Notes under the pieces: model-generated
Databases searched by the model: none
Seen by the model: only the letters and a program-made list of their open reading frames with translations
What the model was told of the DNA's origin: nothing
In this document: one piece after another, positions 23,410-34,805 of the stretch
Numbering within the stretch: the first letter of the stretch is position 1
Layout of the letters: each line of letters begins with the position of its first letter
Position numbers and translations under genes: made by a program
DNA from: Strigamia acuminata
Lineage: Eukaryota
Direction of reading: 5' to 3'
DNA: 64,000 bases
Assembly: GCA_949358305.1 (NCBI GenBank)
Contig: OX442314.1
Span: forward strand, 32,240,001-32,304,000

Positions 23410-24419
23410 CTGTGAAATTTAGGTGTAAATATGTTGACTAATAGAATGGGAAAAAAACTACACAATAATGCAAAAACAGCACTAAATAAATAAAAACAGG
23501 TGACTAAAATTTGCTTGATCAGCATTTACAGTTCGTTTTGCTGATTTTTAAATCAATTTTTAAATTATGGTGTTATTTTATAAGTAAATATTGAAAAGTT
23601 TTAGTAAATACTGAAACAATAAAAATAAATGTAGCAAAAATAGTAGTAAATATTATTCCAAAAAAAGAAAGATAGTTATTAAATTATAATTTCGTTTTCT
23701 TTCTTTCTTTCGCGATATGTGTATAGCGAGATGTTCATTATTTGGATCCCAACGCGAGTCGCTGCTTGTATGTCGTAAGTAATGACGACCAGCTGATTCG
23801 GTTTGTTGTCGTCTTCGGTGGCTGCAAATCCACTTCCATAAACGCTGTAATGTAAAAGACTAAAAAATTGGTTTATTAAATTAATTAAAAATGCCAAAAT
23901 TAAAAATGCTGAAAACAAAATTTAAAAGTACAAAAACGTTGAAACTGAAAACGTCAGAAATATAAAATCGCTGCTATTACTGCGCACCGTAAATATTAGC
24001 TATATATATTAGTAAATTTTGCAGTAGGCCTAGATTTGTAAAACGAGACATTGCAGGAAAAATAGCAATGCAGTGAGGTCATTTACAAAACTCAACATAC
24101 ATTAGCTGGTTTCATTTTATGTCATATCTATCAATATCCATACAGCTTCTTCTTGAATAAATGCACAGGAATTGAAGTTTGGATTAAATTTAATGTGATC
24201 GGCGAGCATTTGTTGTGATCTTAAAGTTAAAAGAAAAGAAAATGAAGATAATAAAGATTAGTTAGTTATACAAATACTTTAACCTTACAAGTTAGATTAA
24301 CAAATAAATCTTCTATGAAATGATAAATTGGAATTACACGGTCTGATCAAGAACTAATTTAGCGTAATCCTTCTCCTAGTCTCAGGTTCATTGGGTCTTG
24401 CGGCGAGATTTAGAATCCT

Positions 24420-25087
24420 GTCGTCTATCTCCATCTCCACTGTCTCTATCACATGCGATTCTCTTATCCCCATCCCGTACCGAAACGTGTTCATCTAGAC
24501 TACGTTCTGGGCTATCTTCGTCGCTATTATCGTCGATAACAGCATCGGGAATCGGTCAGATGTGTACACTTGGTGCACGTGCTACCATTTGCAAAGTCTT
24601 AAATAATTGCACTTGGACTACCTAAATATCCCAGCTTGTTTTTATCCCTCATTCCGGGGTTACGAGGGATGTGAAGTTTATAGTTGGGACCGTAATAAAT
24701 CCATAAATTCATTCGATGGCAATTTATCCACTAAATCGACACTGAGGACAACTCCCGTTTCATAGGCCCAACAGCGAGCAACGTTGCTCGTGTTAAATAG
24801 CCTCCACCAACCAACACTATAAAAGGCAAATTTTAAGTCTTAACAAACTCCAGACATTTACCATGGCCTTTAAACTTTAGTCGTGAGATTAAAGCAGCCA
24901 AGTCGATCTCTGGTTAACGAATCAGCGCCACTGTGCAAAACAATTACGTTCGGCTGGTAATGTTCCATAACTTTCGATATGACCGATTTAAATATTCGTT
25001 CGAATGAATGGGCATCAATTCCCTCCTGTAAAGGGAAATTTACAAAATAATGTTTGCCAGTTCCAGGAAAAAAAATCATCGTTGTGT
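24420..25087 (-). pseudogene. HDAC1: HDAC1/2-like exon fragment, copy 2 (tandem duplicate; units start ~21867 and ~23417)
   Basis: [45 protein letters not shown]; frameshifted; retains TTTTACAG acceptor. Confidence 0.88.
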
Positions 25088-25832
25088 CTGTAAAACAAAA
25101 AAGTCATTACTCTGACTGGTATGGTCTTACCCACGGTAGTCTGGAGATTGACTTTCATGGGAGGGATGCATACTCACGTAAAGGATTGAGACAGGGACTC
25201 CGGATTGTTAGGTTTTGGCCTTTAATCGTTGACTAGATGTCTGAGTCTCCCATCTACCCATCTGTGGCAGTGCTGTTGGGCACGCTCCACCAGCAACCTT
25301 CCCGTCGCACACAGGGCTATAACCCCATGGGTGACGTGGTCGGTTACTTCGGACAAACATTCTGCCGTACTTACCCCGTACGACCCATGTAGCCGCTTAT
25401 GGAGGCAGCAACGGGCACATCGCCATGTCACTGAGCGTCACAGTGGTGAATGCAGAGAGACGCTGAGTCAGCAACAGGCATGGTTGCCTTTGCTGGCGTT
25501 GGGACCTTAGCAGCACACACTTCTCCCTCTTTACTGCACGTACTTCCTCTCTGCTCTCTCAGCAACGTCTCTCTCAAGGTTGAACGAGTTATTAGGTTTG
25601 GCCACTTGGCCAAAATGACGTCACTTCCTTAAATCAAAAAGGCGGAGCTGTTGGTGCTCTGACGTCAGTGGGCGCCCATTCAAAGTGTAAAAATGCCATA
25701 GTGTGCTTATTGGGCAAAATCATAAAGCAAGAATATACATATATTGACATGTTTTTTATTAAAGATTGTTTTATATGGATTGCATCATATTTATTGTTGC
25801 AAATTGTTTTTGGTTCTAATTGTTTTACACAC

Positions 25833-26842
25833 TGTCACGGCCCGGCATTAACGCGTAATGTAACTTTAACCCATTGTTGTGTTTGTTCGCGTTTTCCGTG
25901 AGTTCCTAGCTATGATTTGTTATCATTGTTTTGTTAAAACTCCCAATAAATCCTAAACCTAATATAATTTGAGTTTTGTCCTACCTTTATTTCCTATTCA
26001 TGTTTATCCTTTGATTTGGTCTGGTGTGGCTCAATTCTGCCACATCAGACTAGTCTAAGTCGTGTATTTCCTACTGTTACCCCTCCTAATTTCGTTTAGT
26101 TCATCCTATCTAATTTAAATGTTTAGTCACTCGCGACTGACTCATCGCGATGATTATTCACGAGCGCGCCTGATTGGCTTACGCGTGCTTGACTCATGGT
26201 TCTCCCCTCGTTTTCTGTGATGGACTTGGCCCAAGTTCACTTCTGAGCTGTTTCAGCCAAGTCTGATCAGAAGGCGTAAGACCATGAGCTATCGTAAGTG
26301 CCTTAACTGGCCGTTGTGCATTTGGCGACTTTTCCTGTGTTAATTCGCAGTAACTCCATGCCACGTAATTGTGCATGTTTGAGTATATCCATTATCATAT
26401 CGCGTGTCTAAATTCCGCGTGTCATCTTTGATTCCTTTCCTTTCGATGTTCTTTTGTGTTTACACGAAGTTTTATGCCGCTGACGTGCCTCTGGACTAGA
26501 AATTAGATTCAAGTAGCTAATGAGTTGTTTATTTCGTCTTTTGCGCGCGATTAGTGCGCGCTTGCTCGGTCTGGCCGCTCCGCCATTAGGGGTCCCTGCC
26601 AGATTAGCTTAAGCCACGTTAGCGTTGTTAAGTCCGCACGTGAGCATTACTTCTTCCACTTTTAAGGCTCCAACAAACTCGGTAATAATTCGTAACATGA
26701 TCGAATAGGGGGTTAAGCTTGCCGCCACCCTTCAGGCTGCTTAACGTTGCCGGGCCCTTATTCGGGACCAGGCTCTCTTGTATCGTAACTGGCGCGTCTT
26801 TCAAACGCGGTTTCAAAGACCAGAAACAACCGGTTCATGACA
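25833..26842 (+). repeat. Element C 5' LTR
   Basis: TGTCACG...CATGACA; repeated at 37261-38270. Confidence 0.97.
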
Positions 26843-26844
26843 CG

Positions 26845-26862
26845 TGGTGCCGAAACCCGGGA
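26845..26862 (+). promoter_or_regulatory. PBS, tRNA-Phe
   Basis: TGGTGCCGAAACCCGGGA, complementary to the 3' 18 nt of animal tRNA-Phe. Confidence 0.92.
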
Positions 26863-27055
26863 CCTTGTTGGAGTTTATTCAGTCTAGCGCATATAAACTA
26901 GTTGCTATCTAACAAGCATTAGTGGCGTTTTTTAGAGACTATTTTGCCGAAAGGAAGGTTTCAGAGTAACTAACTCTTCATAGTACTTGCGTATCGTTTA
27001 ATTACGGTGCGCATCATTTGCAGTGAGCTGTTATTACCCTTATTGTCTCACTAAT

Positions 27056-29044
27056 ATGGCGAATAAGGAAGAAACTCCCGAGAAAAAGAGAGGGATGTTT
27101 GCCGACCTCATAGATCGTTGGGATCCTGTGCGTTTACGCGAGGAGAGACAGCGACGCGAGGGAGCAGAGCGAATGCGCGGTCTGAGACCGGGCGCTCTTC
27201 GTGGGATGCTGGAGGAAATACCAACAGATTCCACTGACCAGCCTAGCTCTATGGAAGGAGATATAAACCCCATTTTGGAGGGGCCGATAAGCGTGCATAC
27301 AGTGACTCCGGCCAGCGCTATTGCTGAGTTGGAAGAACCAGCGCGTTTGCAAAACATTGCTTCGGCTCCAACAAGAAATGAATCAGGAGCGCCACCAGAG
27401 GTGCCTGGTTTGGGGGCTTATCTCCATGATATGGAGGTGGCAATTTCCGCAAGACTGGATCGGGCCATAAATGCACAATTGCATGGTTGGGCCGAGGATA
27501 CGGTCGAACGTGTAAGGAAAGTGGTGGAGGACTGTGCTGCTCAACGACCGCCGTTGGTGGGTGGAATTCCATTAATTCCGCCGCCACAGGAACCTCATAT
27601 CCTCCTGGGCGTGTCGGGGCAGACGGTTCCCCAAATTGTACCTCGCTCCACTGTAGACGCGTCTGTAATCCTGACGCCAAGTGAGATAATATTGGGTGGG
27701 GCCCGTGCAGCACCCAGTATGCAGGGGAGAATCTATGTGCAGTCTCGTGAAGTGGATCCAGCCGTTATCCAAATTAACAGCGAAATAATGCGATCAATAA
27801 TTCGCAGTAAGGCATCGGTAGTGGGTGCACCGTCATCCATACCGTTGAGCCAGCTGGAGAGAGAGAGAAATTCTCAAAGTGGGCAGCGTCCAAGGCCTAA
27901 TGTTCCGCTTCAAACTGGTGCTGTTCCACAAATACCTGTATTTCAACAGACAGGACAATTATCGCAACAGCAATGGCGGCAGCAACCACAACAGTTTGCT
28001 CGAACTTCCGGTATGAGGATGGGGAAGTTACCGGAGTTCGATGTGAGCAAGGGCGCCTATAACGCAGTGGATTTGTTTCTCACTCAACTGCGAGCCCATT
28101 TCTTTACTTCGGGAATGGCGGAGTCGGTGTATCTTGAGTATTATGTGCCTCAAGCTTTAAAAGGCGAGGCTCTGGACTGGTACATTGATTTGCTTCCGAA
28201 GCCTGAGTTTTGGGATGAGTTCGCGCATCTGTTTAAAGACGCGTTCTCTCTCACCGTTGCTGAGACTACTGTCAATTTGGCGGAAAAGCGACAGGCGATG
28301 GGGGAGCCAACTGCAAAATTTTTGCGCGAGACTAACCGATTCCTACAAAAAACAGGGATAGTTGGGGACAGCCAAAAATGGGATATAGCCCAACGACGAC
28401 TGCAACCTGACGTTGCGGAAGTCATGCGTCAAATGGGCGTATTAACCTTGTCGCAAGCCATTGTTAGGGGACAGCAAGCAGATAGCGAGCTGCAACTACG
28501 ATCTCTCCATAAAAAAGATTTCGACCTGCACGGGGTTAAGCGAGGCCAAATGCCGGTTCCCCAGCATACAGCTCAGACTAAGCAAGAAGCCGCCGTGAAG
28601 AAACCGGTTGAGGTGGTTAAGAACTCGACTCGACATTTTTTCACGCGCAATAAGGTTGCGGCCGTGATGGAAGTCTTGGGTGAATTAGAGGAAGGTGGCA
28701 TGTTTGATGATGACAATCAAAGCGTAATGGCACAGACAGTCCGTAGTATCATGGCTACGAAAACTGTGCCTATTGTTGGAACAGAGCCACCGGTAGAGAC
28801 TGGAGAACCCCATGTCTGCAGTCAAAACAACTCCTTCGCTCAGGGCTCCGGCCCACCTAAGGACATTAAATTGCCACCCGGAGCGGAGTGGGCCAAAAAC
28901 AGGCGCGATCGGTGGTATATGCGTGACATTAAATTGAACGCTCCGCTATGCCCGCACTGTTACAAACCCTGGGTCGTTCCGGGAAACGAGAGAGGGCCCC
29001 CACTGAAGTCCGACGCCAAAGTGGTGGACCCAAAGAAGAAGTAG
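27056..29044 (+). CDS. gag: Gag of element C
   Basis: Retrotransposon capsid-like LKGEALDWY..WDEFAHLFKDAF..KRQAMGEPTAKF; only a partial CPHC knuckle. Confidence 0.9.
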   Translation: MANKEETPEKKRGMFADLIDRWDPVRLREERQRREGAERMRGLRPGALRGMLEEIPTDSTDQPSSMEGDINPILEGPISVHTVTPASAIAELEEPARLQNIASAPTRNESGAPPEVPGLGAYLHDMEVAISARLDRAINAQLHGWAEDTVERVRKVVEDCAAQRPPLVGGIPLIPPPQEPHILLGVSGQTVPQIVPRSTVDASVILTPSEIILGGARAAPSMQGRIYVQSREVDPAVIQINSEIMRSIIRSKASVVGAPSSIPLSQLERERNSQSGQRPRPNVPLQTGAVPQIPVFQQTGQLSQQQWRQQPQQFARTSGMRMGKLPEFDVSKGAYNAVDLFLTQLRAHFFTSGMAESVYLEYYVPQALKGEALDWYIDLLPKPEFWDEFAHLFKDAFSLTVAETTVNLAEKRQAMGEPTAKFLRETNRFLQKTGIVGDSQKWDIAQRRLQPDVAEVMRQMGVLTLSQAIVRGQQADSELQLRSLHKKDFDLHGVKRGQMPVPQHTAQTKQEAAVKKPVEVVKNSTRHFFTRNKVAAVMEVLGELEEGGMFDDDNQSVMAQTVRSIMATKTVPIVGTEPPVETGEPHVCSQNNSFAQGSGPPKDIKLPPGAEWAKNRRDRWYMRDIKLNAPLCPHCYKPWVVPGNERGPPLKSDAKVVDPKKK

Positions 29045-32000
29045 GTTTAACACCTAAAGCTGTGTCGGAACCACCGGAAGTGAAGCGCGTGTTGCCACCA
29101 AAATCTGTGTTGACCGCGCCTAATACTGACCCAATACTTCCGAAGTTGACTTCGTTCGTGATGATTTCTCCTAAAGAGAAAGATGTGTCCGAGGAGCCAA
29201 AAATTGAAATCGGGATTGGAGAGAGAGTACGACGAGATTCCCAATACGTGAAGATCGTCTGGAATGACATCCAATTTATTGCGCAATTTGACTCTGGTGC
29301 TCAGACCTGCATCATGGCGCAAGATCTGTATGAGAAGCTGCATGAGAAGATGGGGGTGGAGATGGTTGTGTTGCACGAGACCATTCGCGTTGCCAATAAT
29401 CAGTTAGTTGAGGTTTTGGGTAGCGTGGAAATAACCGTGCGTGCACCTCAAACTCTGATCTCTTTTGTGTGCTTGGTAATAGAGGACTCATCAGCGGACT
29501 TGCTGCTCGGACGAGATTTCTGTCGAGCGGTTGGGTTATGTACGGACCATGGACTTAATTGCTGGTTCATAAGAGGTTCGGAGGAACGGCATAGTTTCAT
29601 GACTATGAGACAGGCGCTGGCCTCCGATCCGGTACTTTTGTTGCCACTAATCCCCGCCGCCCCTAAGATGGCAGTTCCTGCCCCGATTAGTGATGTAAAT
29701 TGTGTTTTGTTGAATCATCGCACATTGCCCGCCGAAACTTTTGAGTTACCGCATGACGATGCGCCATTCAGAGTTAAGGTGGTGGTTTCGCGCAAGACCG
29801 CGGAAGATAGGAGTTGGACATTTCTTTGGTCACCTCCGCGACGCGAAAAGTCGCGCAGAATTCCGCGATACACACGTGTCTACCGGAGGCCCATGTGTTT
29901 TAGCCAGCTCCGACGTTCTAAACGGGTGCGCAGGGCTCGGAAGAGATTGTCGCAGTCTGCAGAGTCGTCCGTTCCGTCAGTTCCTCCCGATTCAGTTATT
30001 TCGGATGTGGAAGGGAAAGTTGGTTCCACTGGTGGACAGTTTTCTCCTACGACCAATTTTGTTGAATATCTGCCTTGTCCTGATCCGACTAAGTTGGACT
30101 GGATTTATGGGCAGTTATCAAATCAACTATCACCAAAACGCATCACTCATTTGATTGACGCGTTAAAACCCGTTTCGAACATCTTCAGAGAAGAAGTGGG
30201 GTTGTGCAATAACACTCTTTTTGAGGTTGATCTCAAACCTGACTTTAGGCCAATACACGTGCCTGTTAGGCCGGTGAACCCAGCCAAGAAAGCTATAATT
30301 GATCAGTACATCGATCAAAAGCTGGCGCAGGGTATTATTCGTCGCTCGAAGAGTGATTGTGCCGTGGCCCCTGTTGTCGTGCCTAAGAAAGATGGCAGAT
30401 GGAGGTGCGCCATGGACTTTCGCCCTATTAATGCGCAGACGATGCCCGACGTGTATCCCCTCCCAGATATTGATAACATCTTTTCATATTTGGGCGGGGC
30501 TAAGTGGTTCACTATAATAGATGGACGTGAAGCGTTTCATCAGATCGGCGTTAGGCCAGGAGATGAACGTTTTCTCGCTTTTATCACGCATCGCGGACTC
30601 TACGAGTATGTCCGCATGCCTTTTGGACCAATAAATGGCCCCGCGACACTGCAACGCGCTATGAATCTTACGCTTGCGGAGTTTCTTTACAAATGCGTCT
30701 TTGTTTACATCGACGACATTATTGTCTTTAGTAAAACATTTGAAGAACATGTTGAACATCTGAAGCAAGTTTTGACACTTCTTGACGCGGCAGGATTCAC
30801 GATGAATGCCGGCAAGACCGAGTTGTGTAAGCGTAGCCTTGAAGTGTTGGGTCATATTGTTGAAGAAGGAAAGATTCGTCCTAATCCGAAAAAGACCAGC
30901 GCGATCCAGTTATTTCCCGCGCCAACTAACGTAAAAGAGTTGCAGCGCTTTAAGGGCATGATTGGTTACTATTCTTCGTTTTTTCCGGGGTACTCGAAGA
31001 CTTGTGAAGTTTTCAGGCCCTTGATGAAGAAGAACGCGCCATGGAATTGGACGGATGGCTGTCAAGCAACGTTCGAGTATCTGCGGGACCAAGTTGCAAC
31101 ATCAACTTTGCAGCGGAGGTTTCCTGACTGGTCGAAGCCGTATATTCTGCAGACAGACGCGAGCTACTCAGGCTTGGGTGCTGCGTTGATGCAGTTGGAT
31201 AATAACGGCATTCGTGTGCCAATTGCATTTGCTTCGCGCGCTTTAAATAGTGCGGAAAAGAATTATAACGTTACGGAGATCGAGTGTCTAGCTGCTGTTT
31301 GGGCAGTTAAGCGTTTCCGCAGTTACTTAGAACTTATGGATTTTTACCTTGAGAGCGATCACAAGTGTTTAAAATGGCTTTTTGCTCAGCGCGAACCAAA
31401 GGGCAGATTGGCTCGATGGATTCTGTCAATGTCAGACTTTCGATTTACATTTCTGCATTGCAGTGGCACAAGTAATCGTGTCGCTGATGCGTTGAGCAGA
31501 GCTCCTGTAGATCCGGCCATTGAAATTGGCGATGATGATTGTCCGCTCGTAGATGATGCGACATATTGTGCGTTCTTTGACGATTTCGCAAGTTGGCCGA
31601 CCATTGAAATGGTGGAGCTCGACGAGCATTTCGTGCCAAAACCATCTGGCTCAAAGATCGTTAATGCGGCTAAACTTCGTAAGAAATCGCGTATTCTTCA
31701 AAAGAAACGTGAATTTGAGGAGTTGGAACCACTTGAGTTGTTTGGGGATTTAAACACCCGACCCCCCAAACCCCCCGGCCCCTCAAGGGGGGGTAGTGTG
31801 CCGGCCGACATGGAAAATGTCGTGTTCGATGCACACCAGCTCTCCGGTGTAACTACGCCTCCAGCTGCCTTGCCACCAAAGAGGTGTGTTGGGAGGCCGC
31901 GTAAGGTAATAGCGCCGCCGACTGACTTACCATTGAAGAGGCATGTTGGAAGGCCAAGAAAGGTCATTGTGGCTCCTACTGATCCTGTACCAAAAAGGAA

Positions 32001-32412
32001 AAGAGGGAGACCACCAAAACCCAAACGTAAAGTGGGAAGACCTAAAAAGGTTGTATCACCTGCAAGAAGTGAGCATTCGTCTTCACCAGCGTCACCAGTT
32101 TCGAATGGAGGAAAATCTGGTAGCGAGCGATTTTTGAGTGACCATAGTTCCGACGAATATCGGACTACGGTGCCACCTTTGCCGACGCAACCAAATACGC
32201 GTTTGAGGCAGACTCAACAACCTTTGGTGGACGGCCAAGTCTCGCCATACGAATCCGAGGATTTGGATGAGGATCGACCGGCTGAGCATCCGGCTTACGA
32301 GCTTTTGCCAACTCAGAAAAGAATGAGGGAAGTTCAGTTGGCTGACGCTTGGTCAAAAGGCATTATGCTGTATTTAGAATCATTTACGTCGACTACTTTG
32401 GAAAAAAGTTGA
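28948..32412 (+). CDS. pol: Pol of element C (PR, RT, RNase H, AT-hook insert), broken before integrase
   Basis: FDSGA, YIDD and TDAS motifs; four GRP AT-hook cores; frame ends at 32412. Confidence 0.93.
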   Translation: MPALLQTLGRSGKRERAPTEVRRQSGGPKEEVGLTPKAVSEPPEVKRVLPPKSVLTAPNTDPILPKLTSFVMISPKEKDVSEEPKIEIGIGERVRRDSQYVKIVWNDIQFIAQFDSGAQTCIMAQDLYEKLHEKMGVEMVVLHETIRVANNQLVEVLGSVEITVRAPQTLISFVCLVIEDSSADLLLGRDFCRAVGLCTDHGLNCWFIRGSEERHSFMTMRQALASDPVLLLPLIPAAPKMAVPAPISDVNCVLLNHRTLPAETFELPHDDAPFRVKVVVSRKTAEDRSWTFLWSPPRREKSRRIPRYTRVYRRPMCFSQLRRSKRVRRARKRLSQSAESSVPSVPPDSVISDVEGKVGSTGGQFSPTTNFVEYLPCPDPTKLDWIYGQLSNQLSPKRITHLIDALKPVSNIFREEVGLCNNTLFEVDLKPDFRPIHVPVRPVNPAKKAIIDQYIDQKLAQGIIRRSKSDCAVAPVVVPKKDGRWRCAMDFRPINAQTMPDVYPLPDIDNIFSYLGGAKWFTIIDGREAFHQIGVRPGDERFLAFITHRGLYEYVRMPFGPINGPATLQRAMNLTLAEFLYKCVFVYIDDIIVFSKTFEEHVEHLKQVLTLLDAAGFTMNAGKTELCKRSLEVLGHIVEEGKIRPNPKKTSAIQLFPAPTNVKELQRFKGMIGYYSSFFPGYSKTCEVFRPLMKKNAPWNWTDGCQATFEYLRDQVATSTLQRRFPDWSKPYILQTDASYSGLGAALMQLDNNGIRVPIAFASRALNSAEKNYNVTEIECLAAVWAVKRFRSYLELMDFYLESDHKCLKWLFAQREPKGRLARWILSMSDFRFTFLHCSGTSNRVADALSRAPVDPAIEIGDDDCPLVDDATYCAFFDDFASWPTIEMVELDEHFVPKPSGSKIVNAAKLRKKSRILQKKREFEELEPLELFGDLNTRPPKPPGPSRGGSVPADMENVVFDAHQLSGVTTPPAALPPKRCVGRPRKVIAPPTDLPLKRHVGRPRKVIVAPTDPVPKRKRGRPPKPKRKVGRPKKVVSPARSEHSSSPASPVSNGGKSGSERFLSDHSSDEYRTTVPPLPTQPNTRLRQTQQPLVDGQVSPYESEDLDEDRPAEHPAYELLPTQKRMREVQLADAWSKGIMLYLESFTSTTLEKS
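28981..29031 (+). promoter_or_regulatory. -1 frameshift signal G GGA AAC plus downstream stem
   Basis: Heptamer in the gag frame within the gag/pol overlap; GGGCCCCCACT..AGTGGTGGACCC hairpin 6 nt downstream. Confidence 0.8.
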
Positions 32413-33434
32413 AGTCTAGCCAGGGTAATTGCTACGCGTTCGTAATGGTTGACGCAGCTAGCAGATGGGTTGACGTTCGGCTTACTGAAAATGCGGATGT
32501 GCCAACTACCATCAGGCAAATTGAGAAATTTGTGCAACGATGGGCCTTTCCAAGGACTTTGATTAGTGACAATGCACCTACTTTTCGTTCTGCGCGTTTT
32601 CAAGCGCACTGTGCGGGAATGGGCATTGTGAACAAGTACATATCTGTATATCATCCGCAAGGGAACTTGGCGGAGCGCCTAAACCAGTCGCTGAAGACCT
32701 GCATTCTCGCGTACATCGACGAACACGTGAACTGGGACCGTCATATCGGCTACTTCATTTTGGCCATTAACGCCAGCTATCAAACATCTTTGAAGTTTTC
32801 GCCGTATATGATGATCGTTGGACAGGAAGCGCGTTACCCAGGCGACCTCGACAGTGATACCGACGACGGAGATCCTCTCCCGCCGGATGAGGCGAGGTAT
32901 TTACATCGTTACATGCTACGCGTCGGAGCCGAGGCACGAAAGAACCTGGAGATCGCAAACCTGCGACACAAGCGATGGTACGACCGGAAGCGACGGCCCC
33001 ACGACTTCAAACCTGGCGACTGGGTGACACTGAAAAGCAGAATCTTGTCGTCAGCGGACAAGCAGGTCTCGGCAGGGTTTCAGCAGCGGACGGAGGGTAT
33101 TTATATAATACACCGGATCATCGAGCCGAACACCGTGCTGTTAATGAAGGAAGATGGCAGCGTAACGCAGCCATATCACATCGTCGACTTACGACATTGG
33201 TACAGCGAGCCTGATGACAGCGCGAAGACACCAGCGGATGTTTTGGATCCTCCGGAAGTGCTGACCGCCGCTGGAAGTGAGCGCGTCCCCAGTTTCATCT
33301 CTAAAGCGGACATGGATGACATTTATCACCGAGTTGACAAATTTAGCGCGGAATCACGTGAGATTTGCATGAATTTTTATGCCGAGAACAGAGTTCGGCT
33401 GGATGATTGCGAACACGGGGAAAGTTCGTCATGA
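32369..33434 (+). pseudogene. Integrase core and C terminus of element C, out of frame and lacking the HHCC domain
   Basis: YVD..SDNA..HPQGNLAE DDE core; no H-H-C-C between the RNase H linker and the core. Confidence 0.88.
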
Positions 33435-34805
33435 ACACCTTCTTTTTCTGCTTTTAAAGTGTTTTTTGTGATTATTAATTTATTTCTTAGCATTGGTTGC
33501 ATTTTTAGCTGAGTTTTGGTGTTTGTAGAATTTGTTTACATTGGAATGAGTGTGTTGTTGTGTTTTTTCGTGTATTTTTACTAATCTCTAGTTTTTGACT
33601 ATTTATTACTAATTGCGGTTTTTTCGTCGACATTTCGGAGGGAGATGCGGAGTTAAAACTCTTTTCTTTTCCGTTCGAGATGGAGACGCGACCTGTTGTC
33701 GATTTATTTTGATTTTTGTGAGCGTTTGGTGTTGGTTTTCATGCTCGTTGTTGGTTGCGCGTGTGTGGTCTAGTTTACGACAGATGGCGCCGGAGTGTCT
33801 GGTGTCATCTGACCGATGACCTCACTTTTCAATCAGTGTCTGGCGGCCATATTGTATTCGCGGCTTAACACAGTGCGCCTCGTGTCTTCGCGTCTCTGAC
33901 ATTTTCAACGCGAGCCAAGCCACAACTGAGCGTGGAAGTCCGCCAAAGCGCGTTTAATACGTTTGTAACATTAACTGTGAGTATTATTGTGGTTTTCACT
34001 GAAAAATTGTAAATTTTGACCTACTCGAGCAACATGTGTTTTTTCATAAGTGCAAAGTTTTAGGGTTAAATTTTCCCCGAACGCGTACTGAAGTGTTAGA
34101 GCTGCTTTTTTGTTAATCTCTTGTCGGTATATCGCGTTAGTATTGTTTAGAATGCTTCGCTATTAATTGTCAAGGCGTATCTAATTGTTAGGAAAATTTA
34201 GTATTTTTGTTTAGTTTCACTTTTCAAAATGCAAGATGGCGACGCATCGCTTTGAAAATTTTCCATCAGGTCATGTGATGTCCGCCATCTTTGGTGGAGT
34301 ACCCGTATGCGTGTAGATGGACTTAGCCAATTTTTTGAGCTCATGTATTTTGTAGTGATAAGTCTGCACGCGACCGCTATTTCCTGTTCGCGTTTGCTTC
34401 CTAATTTGATACGATAGTTACGATGAATTTTGTACATCTTTGTGAGGATTTTGTGCTGTTGTTAGATGCATTAATTAATATTTTTTCCCCAATATTATAT
34501 TTTTGTTTTGGGCTATTACGCGTTTGTATCTCGTTGATTCTCATCGTGATTCCATTTCACGTGATTTGCTTTGCAATCTTTATTACTGCTGTTATTTTTA
34601 ATTGCGAATACCTTTTTTGGTTAAGCTATGAATTGTTATGTGAACTTTATCGAGTAATTTTTTATAATCCGCGTTATTAGCCCATGTTTTTATTGTTGTA
34701 TTTATTTGCTCTTGCTCGAGTGGTGTATTTTTTGTTGTTTGATTCTTTTATTGATTTTTTGATTTCTGCTTTTGTGACTGAATTTAGAAGTGATTTTCAA
34801 TCGTC

